Below, piece after piece: positions 1 to 8,878 of a stretch of DNA of 64,000 bases. Below the pieces are notes generated by a model, which was given only the letters and a program-made list of their open reading frames with translations, made no database searches and had not been told where the DNA came from. Where the stretch lies: NCBI GenBank assembly GCA_012797605.1, contig JAAZOT010000043.1, positions 2,296-66,295 on the forward strand. Direction: 5' to 3'. Made by a program: the position numbers and the translations under genes. This DNA comes from Spirochaetales bacterium (GTDB taxonomy: Bacteria; Spirochaetota; JAAYUW01). Position 1 is the stretch's first letter; every line of letters starts with the position of its first letter.

Positions 1-1316
1 AAATAGGAAAATTAAAAAGGATTATAAAAGAAAAGACCGCAAAAAGAGAAATATTTCCAGTAATATGTGGCTCAGCAATAAAAAGTATCGGGATTGATAA
101 CCTTCTAGATTCAATAAAAAACTTCCTTCCTAAGACCAATGAAGTAGATTATATATTATATACTCCTTCTGATGAAGAAGTTATTAATCCAAATAAAAAA
201 GTTGGTTTTATATTTAAAACAATTTATGACAAACAAACTGGCAAACTTTCTTTAGTAAGAATTTATAATGGTAATTTTTCTAAAGGAGATAAGATTTTTA
301 ATCCAAGAAAAAACATATGGGAAAAAATCTCACATATTTACTTGCTTCATGCTGATAAAAAAACAGAGATAGATGAAGCACATAATGGCGATATTATTGG
401 AATAATTGGTTTTAAAGAAAGTGAAACTGGAGATACAATATTATCAGACAAATCCTACCTTTTTATGCATAAACACTTCACTACTGAGCCAGTAATAAAT
501 ATGAGTATCGAGACTAGATTTGTAAAAGATGTTGAGCCACTTATTTCAGCCTTAGATATAATAAGTAAAGAAGATAATTCATTTTCTTACAAACAAAACA
601 AAGAAACTGGACAAATCGAAATTTCTGGAATGGGTGAACTTCATTTAGAAGTGATCCAACATAGAATTAAAAATGATTTTAAGATAGAAACCAGGCTTGG
701 TAACCCATCTATAGCATATCGAGAAACAATAACATTAAGTAATTCAAAAGAAATTGAAGTTTCAAAAATAATTAAAGGAGTCACAAATCATTTCAAGTTA
801 AGTTTATCTTTAACTAGTGGTGAAGAAAATAAATTCATAATTAAAACTACAAAAATAGAAGAGCAATATCTTTCTTTTTTTGAAAACTTTTTTTCTAACA
901 CTTTTTTGTCTGGTCCTACCTATGGATACCCAATAGCAAATCTTGAAATAATACTTAATGATTTTATTAAATTTTCAAATGATGTTGATATTCTATTTTT
1001 AGGAGAAACTTTAAAAAATTTATTTTTTGAAATTTATCAACTTTCTAATCCGACCTTGTTAGAACCAGTTATGAAATTAGATATTATTGTTGATGAAAAT
1101 CATTTTAGTGAAGTGATAAATGATTTAAATTCTAAAAAGGTAGATATCATTGAGATGAAAGTCCTTGCTGATAATTCTAAGTACAAAAGAATTATAGTTA
1201 AGGGACCTGTATCCCGATTTTTTGGATACTCTACAACTTTAAGAAATTTAACATCAGGTCAGGGTTATTTCACTATGGAATTTTTAAATTATGAACCATC
1301 TTCAAAACAAATTTGA
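1..1316 (+). CDS. Elongation factor G family GTPase paralogue, 5' end outside window
   Basis: The frame is open from the window edge. Upstream of the tracked ORF it reads ..REIFPVICGSAIKSIGIDNLLDSIKNFLP (EF-G G-domain end). Later motifs are GELHLEVIQHRIKNDFKIE..IAYRETI and the C-terminal FFGYSTTLRNLTSGQGYFTMEFLNYEP, all typical of EF-G. TGA stop at 1314-1316. Confidence 0.8.
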   Translation, partial: IGKLKRIIKEKTAKREIFPVICGSAIKSIGIDNLLDSIKNFLPKTNEVDYILYTPSDEEVINPNKKVGFIFKTIYDKQTGKLSLVRIYNGNFSKGDKIFNPRKNIWEKISHIYLLHADKKTEIDEAHNGDIIGIIGFKESETGDTILSDKSYLFMHKHFTTEPVINMSIETRFVKDVEPLISALDIISKEDNSFSYKQNKETGQIEISGMGELHLEVIQHRIKNDFKIETRLGNPSIAYRETITLSNSKEIEVSKIIKGVTNHFKLSLSLTSGEENKFIIKTTKIEEQYLSFFENFFSNTFLSGPTYGYPIANLEIILNDFIKFSNDVDILFLGETLKNLFFEIYQLSNPTLLEPVMKLDIIVDENHFSEVINDLNSKKVDIIEMKVLADNSKYKRIIVKGPVSRFFGYSTTLRNLTSGQGYFTMEFLNYEPSSKQI

Positions 1317-1349
1317 CATATATAAATTTTATATTATAAAATTATTATA

Positions 1350-2573
1350 ATGATAAATAAAAGAGTCAGTAATATGAAACAAAAAAAATTAATTAAAGAT
1401 TTTTTATTAAATTTCTTGTTAACTCTTATTCTTATTTTATTTTTGTCTTCTTCGCCATTATTTGCCCAAGAAAATGATACTTTAGAAAAGATAATTAAAG
1501 GAAATGAATTCTTGTTAAAATCTGATCTAGAGTTGATCTTTGGTTTATCATATACCCCAATTTATTTTTATAATTCCATTCCATCATTCGACTTATATTT
1601 ATTTTACATTTTTGACTTCTCATATAAATTATTCGATTGGTTAAACTTTAATATAGACCTTGAATTTCGCATTTCAACTGATGGTGACAATTGGGTTTTA
1701 CCATATGAATTTTATTCAGAAATATATTTTGATAAGATATTTAAATCATTGCCTTTTCAATGGGATTTAAGAATAGGTTTTTTCCCTTATGATTTATCAC
1801 TATCAGAAAATTTTAATAAGGAGAGTAGTGATTATTGGGAAACAGTTCCTTTTTATTATGGTATTGCACCATTTTATATTCAATTTACTACACTCTCTAT
1901 CGTTATGGATATCAAATGGTGGTTACTTGATATTTCAACTGGATTTTTTGGGATCGACCAATCCGCAGCTTTTGTCAAAGGGATTTTTTCATTTTATGAT
2001 TTTGCCTATTTGGGAGTAACTGGTTTAATGCCTATTAACATAAATCAAAGTGGTATTTCTTCAACATTATTTATAGAACTTGCTATGACAACAGGTTTAT
2101 TTGATATAATGTTATATCTTCTTCCAACAACATATCATGATGCCTTACTTGATGAGGATTTATCAACCTTCTGCTTTGGAGCAAATATAAAATACTCTTT
2201 CACAATCGCAAATTCACATAATCTAGTAATTAAGCTTTTTGGTGATTATATCTCCCCAAATGCCACTAATGCTTTTACTCTTATAGATTACTTAAATGAA
2301 ATATCTATACCATCAAATTATACTATTAACCAAAAACATCCGTCTAGAGCAGGTATTGGTATAGAATATAATGGCAATTTTAACAATGTATTAAAAATAG
2401 TTCTAGCTTCCTTTGTATATTATAATTTTAGCACCAACTCGGTAAATTTTAATGCATACCTGAAAACTCAATTCTATTACTTTTTTACGGAAATAAATTA
2501 CTTTCCTTTTTACTATCCAGTAATTTTACTAAACATATTTAGTATTTCTGCTGGTTTGAATTTTTCATTTTGA
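1350..2573 (+). CDS. Hypothetical secreted protein, possibly an outer-membrane beta-barrel
   Basis: N-terminal hydrophobic signal-like segment (LLTLILILFLSSSPLFAQE). The sequence is very rich in F/Y/W and ends ..GLNFSF (terminal Phe, as in many OM barrels). No catalytic motif recognised. An alternative start is at 1374. Confidence 0.4.
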   Translation: MINKRVSNMKQKKLIKDFLLNFLLTLILILFLSSSPLFAQENDTLEKIIKGNEFLLKSDLELIFGLSYTPIYFYNSIPSFDLYLFYIFDFSYKLFDWLNFNIDLEFRISTDGDNWVLPYEFYSEIYFDKIFKSLPFQWDLRIGFFPYDLSLSENFNKESSDYWETVPFYYGIAPFYIQFTTLSIVMDIKWWLLDISTGFFGIDQSAAFVKGIFSFYDFAYLGVTGLMPININQSGISSTLFIELAMTTGLFDIMLYLLPTTYHDALLDEDLSTFCFGANIKYSFTIANSHNLVIKLFGDYISPNATNAFTLIDYLNEISIPSNYTINQKHPSRAGIGIEYNGNFNNVLKIVLASFVYYNFSTNSVNFNAYLKTQFYYFFTEINYFPFYYPVILLNIFSISAGLNFSF

Positions 2574-2578
2574 TATAA

Positions 2579-3487
2579 ATGTACGCTGTTTTTGGTAATC
2601 CTATTGGACATTCACTTTCACCATACCTTATAAATAAATTGCTTAATATAAGTTGCAGTAAGATATCATTAGGAAAGTCTTTTGATAAAAAGGCTTTATT
2701 AGATTTATTAGAAAAAAGAAAAATACATTATGGCAATGTAACCTATCCATATAAAAAGATTTTTTTTGATTATTCTGATTCCTTAAAATTTCCAGCAGAT
2801 AAAATATTTTCTATAAATGCCTTCACTTACAAGGATAATAAAATAATCTCAACTAATACAGATGGAGAAGGTTTCTTTTTAGCTATCTATTTTTCAAATT
2901 TTAAAATCTATAAAAAACTTATTAATAATAAGGTTATTTTAATCGCAGGGACTGGATCTACAGCCAAATCAATAGCCTTTTCTGCAAAAATAAGAGGCAT
3001 AACACCTATTTTTATTTCTAGAAAAAAAAACCTTAATCAAAATGGAATTAAAATTATTATTGATTACAAAAGAGGATTAGAATTAATTATGAAAAATCAT
3101 AACCATGTAATTGCATCTACGCTACCCTTTTCAGTATTATCTATCATTTTTAATAATGAATTAGAAAAAGAAAAGATCATTAATTCAAAAGAAAATATTT
3201 TCACAGAAGATGGGTCAGATGATGAAGAAAATTCTATAGATATATTTAAATTTTTTAATTATGCATATGAAAAAAGAATAATAATTTTTGATTCCAACTA
3301 TAAAAACTATTTATCAATAAAAAAAGCTGGATTAAACATCAATCTTAATGACAATCTTTTTGATGGTTTATATCAGTTTATTGGTCAAGGATTATTATCA
3401 ATTCATTTTTTTACCGGAAAAAACTTTATGAATAAAAGGATAATAGATCAGATGAAAGATCAACTTATCAATGAAAGTTTAAGGTAA
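2579..3487 (+). CDS. aroE: Shikimate dehydrogenase-like (AroE family)
   Basis: Hallmark motifs are present: FGNPIGHSLSPYL (substrate site), NVTYPYKK (NxTxPxK catalytic Lys), TNTDGEGF (NTDxxG catalytic Asp) and a glycine-rich dinucleotide loop, IAGTGSTAKS. It carries an acidic insertion (EDGSDDEENS). Confidence 0.75.
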   Translation: MYAVFGNPIGHSLSPYLINKLLNISCSKISLGKSFDKKALLDLLEKRKIHYGNVTYPYKKIFFDYSDSLKFPADKIFSINAFTYKDNKIISTNTDGEGFFLAIYFSNFKIYKKLINNKVILIAGTGSTAKSIAFSAKIRGITPIFISRKKNLNQNGIKIIIDYKRGLELIMKNHNHVIASTLPFSVLSIIFNNELEKEKIINSKENIFTEDGSDDEENSIDIFKFFNYAYEKRIIIFDSNYKNYLSIKKAGLNINLNDNLFDGLYQFIGQGLLSIHFFTGKNFMNKRIIDQMKDQLINESLR

Positions 3488-4205
3488 ATTCCGAATCTAA
3501 TATTAATAAACTTATATCGTAATCCTGTAAAATAAAATGCAATATAGAAGGATAATAAACATTATTCCACTTCTTATAATTTGAATATTCGACTTTAAGT
3601 TTTAATATTTGACTATCAATTTCTGAACTTACTATTTTATAATCTTTTATCTGGAAAATAATATCATTTATCAATAGCTCTCCATTTTTAATGTTAGGAA
3701 TTTTGTTATTTTTCAATAATAGCAAGATTAAAAAGAGATTTTTTTCAAAGTATTGTATTACATTTTTTAGGTTTTTAAATGAATCAGAAGGAACAATATA
3801 CTTTTCTCCAGTTAAAAGGTAATTTAAATAACCACAGTGAGTCTTATAATCATATTGAGCATTAAATAAATCTATTTGATTTGTTCCTGCTTGAATTTTC
3901 CCTTCTAACCATACACTATCATTGAAACAAATGTTTGCAGATATATTAATTAAAGGGAAATTTTGCGTTTTACTTTTGATAGTTAAAAATCCTTTTTTAA
4001 TATCAATCTTTTCAATATATAATAACCCTATAACAGGATATTTTTCTATATAAAGAGAAAGTTCGTTATCATTTGAAATCTTTTTAGAAAATGCTAAATT
4101 TGCACAACTAAGAAATAAAAAATAAATAAAAAATACAAATAAAGAAAGTGAAACAAGAAGAATTTTTTTTTTCTTAATATTTATTAATTCATTAAATTTA
4201 TTCAT
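3468..4205 (-). CDS. Hypothetical lipoprotein
   Basis: Signal peptide ending in the lipobox-like FLFLSC. No recognisable domain. Its stop overlaps the convergent aroE 3' end. Confidence 0.5.
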   Translation of the reverse strand: MNKFNELINIKKKKILLVSLSLFVFFIYFLFLSCANLAFSKKISNDNELSLYIEKYPVIGLLYIEKIDIKKGFLTIKSKTQNFPLINISANICFNDSVWLEGKIQAGTNQIDLFNAQYDYKTHCGYLNYLLTGEKYIVPSDSFKNLKNVIQYFEKNLFLILLLLKNNKIPNIKNGELLINDIIFQIKDYKIVSSEIDSQILKLKVEYSNYKKWNNVYYPSILHFILQDYDISLLILDSEFTLNFH

Positions 4206-4206
4206 A

Positions 4207-4707
4207 CTAATTTTGACCTTCTACCCCCTGAATAGATATCAATGCATCCTGATAAGCAGGATTGGACAGTATGAATTGATCAATTGCATCTTTATTTTCA
4301 TTAGCATATTCTTCATATTGCTGAGGTGTTATAGCAAAATAGGAAAAAAAGGAATTTTTAAGCTCCTCAATCTTTCCTTTTTGTTCTTCTGTATATGAAC
4401 TTAATAAATTGTACCCTGCATTGTCAAGTTCTTTTCGCCAAAGTACCATTATTGTGCAAAAGTCTTTTACATTACTTATCCTTCCAATATTCTTAAGTTT
4501 CTCTTTTTCTGCTTCCCAGTCTATTGCAGCAGCTTTTGAATCGACAACTATATCTATTGAATCATCTTCTTCAAGTTGATATTCACCTTCACCAGTATTT
4601 TTTTTGTTACAAGAAAATAGAAAAGAAAATACAATTAATAATATTAATAGAAATAGGAGAAAAAAGATAAACTTTTTTGAATATTTATTTTTCATATAAT
4701 CTTCCAA
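4207..4707 (-). CDS. Hypothetical lipoprotein
   Basis: Signal peptide with lipobox-like FSFLFSC followed by NKK. Abuts the next lipoprotein gene with a 1-nt gap, so they are likely co-transcribed. Confidence 0.5.
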   Translation of the reverse strand: MEDYMKNKYSKKFIFFLLFLLILLIVFSFLFSCNKKNTGEGEYQLEEDDSIDIVVDSKAAAIDWEAEKEKLKNIGRISNVKDFCTIMVLWRKELDNAGYNLLSSYTEEQKGKIEELKNSFFSYFAITPQQYEEYANENKDAIDQFILSNPAYQDALISIQGVEGQN

Positions 4708-4811
4708 TATTATTTTTTCTAAATTAATTTTACAAACAAAGTTTGTCTTAATTTTTTTTTTTGTAAAATAATTATTCTAATCTATATTATTAGAGATGGA
4801 GAATTTAATTT

Positions 4812-5393
4812 ATGAAAAAATCTATGTGGGGTTGGTTCAAAAAATTGTTTTCTAACTATTCAAAAAAAACTGTTCATCTTTATAGGATATTTTTATTTAA
4901 AATAGATGTTTACCTCTTTAATAGAAAAAAGAATAAATATTTTAAGCAAATTGGTAAAATATTTTATACAGAGCTATTAAATGGTAAAGAAACAGAGCAG
5001 ATTCTTGAATTTATTCAACCTATTTTTTCAAATATAGATAAAATAGATAGAAAGATCGAAAATCTAACCATAAAAATAGATAATATTGCGAAGAAGGAAA
5101 GGATCTCAAAAGAAGAAGTTGAAAAAATAGATAGATTTATAGTAGATGCAGATAAAAAGCTTTCAGATTCTATATTTGATGATCAGGAAGATTTTGATGA
5201 TATAGTTTTAGAGGAAAATGATTTAGTTAACGATAAAGCTACTGATTTAGATAAAATCATAAATGATGAAGATATAGATAGAGATGATAACTATAAAACA
5301 AGAAGAACAAGTACTATTAAAAAAACGACCTCAAAAAATAAGAAAAAAGCTTCTAATAAAGAAAAAATAATCAAACAAAATTCTATTGAATGA
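4812..5393 (+). CDS. Hypothetical charged (D/E/K-rich) protein
   Basis: ATG preceded by gatggaga. Coiled-coil-like, acidic middle and lysine-rich tail. No known motif. Confidence 0.45.
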   Translation: MKKSMWGWFKKLFSNYSKKTVHLYRIFLFKIDVYLFNRKKNKYFKQIGKIFYTELLNGKETEQILEFIQPIFSNIDKIDRKIENLTIKIDNIAKKERISKEEVEKIDRFIVDADKKLSDSIFDDQEDFDDIVLEENDLVNDKATDLDKIINDEDIDRDDNYKTRRTSTIKKTTSKNKKKASNKEKIIKQNSIE

Positions 5394-6483
5394 TTTCTTC
5401 TATTATAGAACACATAAGCTTTGCTGTATTTAAAAGCCCAATCTCATGTGTTCTTTCATATCCATGAGAAGCAGATACTCCAACTCCAAAAAGGGCAACT
5501 TTTATATCTAATCCAGCTCTAAGTGCAGCGGATCCGTCTGATCCATAATATGGGAAAACATCTTTGACATATTTGATATCATTTCTTTTTGCAAGAATCT
5601 CAAGTTTTTTGGTTAGCTCCAAATTATATGGACCTGATGAATCCTTTGGGCATATTGATACTGAAAATTCACTGCCTTCGACTCCTGTTCCGACGACTCC
5701 CATATCTACTATATATAATTCATCTATATCTGGTAAATTTGCTATACCTTGGCCAGTTTCCTCTGTTACATTAAAATACATATAGACTGGTTTTAAAAAA
5801 CATACTTTGTCTTCTTTTTCAAAATCTTTTAAGATTTCTGCAACATGAATAAAAATAGCGCATGAGGCTTTATCGTCTAAAAACCTCGTTTTAATAAATC
5901 CGTCTATATACTTAAATTTAGGATCTAAAAAAACATAGTCACCAATTTGAATATGATCTTTTATCTTATCATCATCTGAAAATTTATGATCAAGTCTAAT
6001 AAAAGAATCTTCATAATTTGGAACCATTTCATTCAACTTCTTATTAACATGAGCGGCTGGATTTTCTGGTAAAACAGTTCCTTGATATAAAGAACCATCA
6101 GTTGCCTCTATTGTAACATAATCTCCCATAGCATAAATCGCTGGAATACCATTTACTGGAGTTACCTTTATAGTTTCATTTGAAACAGATTTAACCATGA
6201 GTCCAAGGGTATCTATATGAGCCGCGAAACATATTCCTTTAATGTTATCTTTGTTTTCATCTTTTGTATAATTTATAACTTTCTTTGTCCCACCAAATTT
6301 GAAGATTACTGCACCCTTGTTTTTAACCTCATAATCTATCTTATTTATTTTGGCAAATTCAACTAAAAAATCAGTGACTTTTTTAGTATTTCCAGTTGGT
6401 GATGGTATAGATATGACTTTTTCTAAATGTTCAATTATCTTTTTATTATCTATCTTATCAATTATTCTATTTTTTTTCACCAT
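5383..6483 (-). CDS. M42 family metallo-aminopeptidase (FrvX/PepA-like)
   Basis: The M42 metal-ligand pattern appears in order: AAHIDTLGLMV, FLDDKAS, NVTEETGQG, VDMGVVG, SASHGYERTH. Length is 366 aa. Confidence 0.8.
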   Translation of the reverse strand: MVKKNRIIDKIDNKKIIEHLEKVISIPSPTGNTKKVTDFLVEFAKINKIDYEVKNKGAVIFKFGGTKKVINYTKDENKDNIKGICFAAHIDTLGLMVKSVSNETIKVTPVNGIPAIYAMGDYVTIEATDGSLYQGTVLPENPAAHVNKKLNEMVPNYEDSFIRLDHKFSDDDKIKDHIQIGDYVFLDPKFKYIDGFIKTRFLDDKASCAIFIHVAEILKDFEKEDKVCFLKPVYMYFNVTEETGQGIANLPDIDELYIVDMGVVGTGVEGSEFSVSICPKDSSGPYNLELTKKLEILAKRNDIKYVKDVFPYYGSDGSAALRAGLDIKVALFGVGVSASHGYERTHEIGLLNTAKLMCSIIEEIIQ

Positions 6484-6635
6484 AAATCTCCCTTTTTAAA
6501 TCTATCCTAAAAATTTCTTTAAAACAGTTTTATATCAAAATTTGGGATATAAAAATATAATAAACATAATTCAAAAGGTAAAAGAAGTAAAATAAATGTG
6601 TAAAATAAAAACAAATTATAAGGAAAGTACAAGTT

Positions 6636-7295
6636 TTAAATATCAATCTCTTTACAATTTGGAGCTATAATAACATCTGCGGGGGTATTTTTAATGATAA
6701 AATCAGGATCATAACCTTTAAAATATTCCTGAAGGACAAATTTACCATTTTCTACAGTGAAAAATCCGCAATCTGTAACCACATAATCTACTTCTCCCTT
6801 TGCTGTAAGAGGAAGTGAGCATTTTTTGACAAGTTTACAATTTCCTTTATCAAAATGTAACGTTGCAGCAATGACTTTTTTTGCTCCAACTGTTAAATCC
6901 ATCGCTCCACCCATGCCAGGAATTAACTTCCCAGGAACTTTATAATTTGCAAGATTTCCCTCCTGATCTACTTCTAAAACCCCTAAAACAGTATAATCTA
7001 GATGCCCTCCTCTTATAATACCAAAACTTGTGCAAGAATCGAAAAATGCTCCACCAGGAAGTATTGTTACTGGCATACCTCCAGCATTTACTATATCATA
7101 ATCTTCTTCACCTTCTTTTGGAACTGGACCAAGACCAACGAAACCATTTTCCGAATGCAAAGTTATGACAACACCCTCTGGAAGATAATTTGCGACTTCT
7201 GTTGGAAGTCCAATACCAAGATTTACAATATCTCCTGATTTGAAAAACCTTGCTATTCTTTTAGCTATTTTTGATTTATCTGGAGTATATTCCAT
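6636..7295 (-). CDS. 3-oxoacid/acetate CoA-transferase subunit B
   Basis: SENGFVGLGP (catalytic Glu in the ENG motif) and GGAMDL. Size is 219 aa, and it lies downstream of subunit A. Confidence 0.85.
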   Translation of the reverse strand: MEYTPDKSKIAKRIARFFKSGDIVNLGIGLPTEVANYLPEGVVITLHSENGFVGLGPVPKEGEEDYDIVNAGGMPVTILPGGAFFDSCTSFGIIRGGHLDYTVLGVLEVDQEGNLANYKVPGKLIPGMGGAMDLTVGAKKVIAATLHFDKGNCKLVKKCSLPLTAKGEVDYVVTDCGFFTVENGKFVLQEYFKGYDPDFIIKNTPADVIIAPNCKEIDI

Positions 7296-7385
7296 ATTAT
7301 CACCTCTTTATAGTTTATTTTATATTTTTTATATTATCTTTTTTATTTTTTTGAACTTTCTTTTTTAATTTTTAACATTTTACAA

Positions 7386-8075
7386 TTATTTATTTTTTTT
7401 CTCATTTAAAACAAGAATAGAGACAAAAATAAAAGGTGTTACTATATCATCAGGATCAAGTTCACCTATTTCTACTATTTCATCGACTTCGGCAATGACA
7501 ACTTTTGCTGCAGTAGCCATAATAGGATTAAAATTTCTTGCTGATTTTGAGTAAATAAGATTTCCGGCTTTATCTGCTTTTTTGGCTTTTAAAAGTGCGA
7601 AGTCCGCAAATAAAGGAAGTTCTAAAAGATACTTCTTACCATTTACCTCAATAATTTGTTTTCCATTTTCAACCTCTGTTCCTACGCCAGTAGGAGTTAA
7701 AAAACCTCCAAGCCCAAAACCAGCAGCTCTTATTTTTTCTGCCAAAGTTCCTTGTGGGACAAGTTGAACTTCTGTTTCACCAGCATTCATTTGTCTTCCG
7801 GTTTCTCTATTTGTACCTATGTGTGAGGCAATAATTTTTTTAAATCTTTTATCAACAACTAGTGGAGCAACACCAGTAACGAGATTTTTATCTGGATTAT
7901 AGATTGCTGTGTCATTACAAATTAATGTTAAATCTTTTGTACCCTGTTTATCTAAAGCATTTACAAGAGATAAGGGCGTTCCACACCCCATAAATCCACC
8001 TACCATTATGACAGAACCATCTTTTATTTGTTTTACTGCTTCTTCAGCTTTCATGATGGGTTTTTCAATCATCAT
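7386..8075 (-). CDS. 3-oxoacid/acetate CoA-transferase subunit A
   Basis: AVKQIKDGSVIMVGGFMGCGTP, LVPQGTLAEKIRAAG and GLGGFLTPTGVGT are typical of family I CoA-transferase alpha subunits. Confidence 0.85.
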   Translation of the reverse strand: MMIEKPIMKAEEAVKQIKDGSVIMVGGFMGCGTPLSLVNALDKQGTKDLTLICNDTAIYNPDKNLVTGVAPLVVDKRFKKIIASHIGTNRETGRQMNAGETEVQLVPQGTLAEKIRAAGFGLGGFLTPTGVGTEVENGKQIIEVNGKKYLLELPLFADFALLKAKKADKAGNLIYSKSARNFNPIMATAAKVVIAEVDEIVEIGELDPDDIVTPFIFVSILVLNEKKNK

Positions 8076-8154
8076 ATCCCCCTTAATTGATTTTTGGAAA
8101 ATTGAAAACCTATATTATTAATAATAATATTTTATTTACTGTCAACCTTTTACT

Positions 8155-8538
8155 CTAACTTTCATTTATAAAATATTCTGCATATTGCTGATCTGTCTCC
8201 CAAACTCTTACTTTTTCCAAAATAATATTATTTAAGTTATCTTTGATTTTTTCATTTATTTTACTGAAAATATAATAGGCAATATTTTCACTTGTAGGAT
8301 TATGTGATTTAAAAAAATCAATATCGTTTAAAAGAAAGTGATCGATTTGATTTAAAATATCTTTAGTGATCTTTTTCAATTCTGTAAAATCTATAACCAT
8401 TTCACTATCATTAAGGACTTTAGAAATGACATAAACTTCGACAAGGTAATTATGTCCATGCAGATTTTCACATTTACCTTTGTAATTTCTTAAAAAATGT
8501 GCCGATGAAAATTTATCATTAATTACAACTCTGTACAT
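8155..8538 (-). CDS. queD: 6-carboxy-5,6,7,8-tetrahydropterin synthase
   Basis: 127 aa. Contains FSSAHFL, CENLHGHNY (Cys plus HxH zinc ligands) and VWETD. SD-like aagggtga precedes the ATG. Confidence 0.85.
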   Translation of the reverse strand: MYRVVINDKFSSAHFLRNYKGKCENLHGHNYLVEVYVISKVLNDSEMVIDFTELKKITKDILNQIDHFLLNDIDFFKSHNPTSENIAYYIFSKINEKIKDNLNNIILEKVRVWETDQQYAEYFINES

Positions 8539-8620
8539 TTTTTCACCCTTACTTAACTTATAGTTCTTAAAAAAATTTTGAAAAGATTTTCTAAAAGAAA
8601 TAGTACTTAATAAATTTTCG

Positions 8621-8646
8621 GGGTGGGTGGTGGGGTGGTCTGAGGC
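8621..8646. repeat. G-rich 26-nt element, copy 1 (gggtgggtggtggggtggtctgaggc)
   Basis: Exact 26-nt identity with 47973-47998. It lies in the 340-nt divergent spacer between queD and the sirtuin gene. Flanks are not similar between copies. Confidence 0.9.
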
Positions 8647-8878
8647 TTATTATTTTTTTGAATTAACTATTGTAAATTATATAAAAAAGTAATATGAATT
8701 AAGCAGAAAAAATAAAATTAAAATCTTTGAATTTTTTAGGTTAGGTTTATTTATATAGCGAAATTTTTATAAAAAAAACCCGAATTGAATGGAAATTTAT
8801 GATATTGTATGAATGGAAAATGAAATAATAATTAGTTAGACTTCTAAAAAATTTTTATTAATTATCGGGATATGGAAT

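Noticed and set aside
4728-4768. Palindrome acaaac-aaa-gtttgt nested in ttttacaaa...tttgtaaaa, in the divergent promoter region between 4707 and 4812
   Set aside because: It is short and AT-rich and could be an operator, but such palindromes arise easily by chance in this composition. There is no second copy or supporting regulator gene.
8539-8620. preQ1 riboswitch upstream of queD
   Set aside because: I could not find the preQ1-I hairpin plus A-rich tail pattern or class II/III features. Only the unusual C-rich element is present, and it is reported separately.
8786-8819. Direct repeat tgaatggaaa x2, 24 nt apart, upstream of the sirtuin gene
   Set aside because: A single 10-nt duplication in AT-rich spacer. 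There is insufficient evidence for a binding site.
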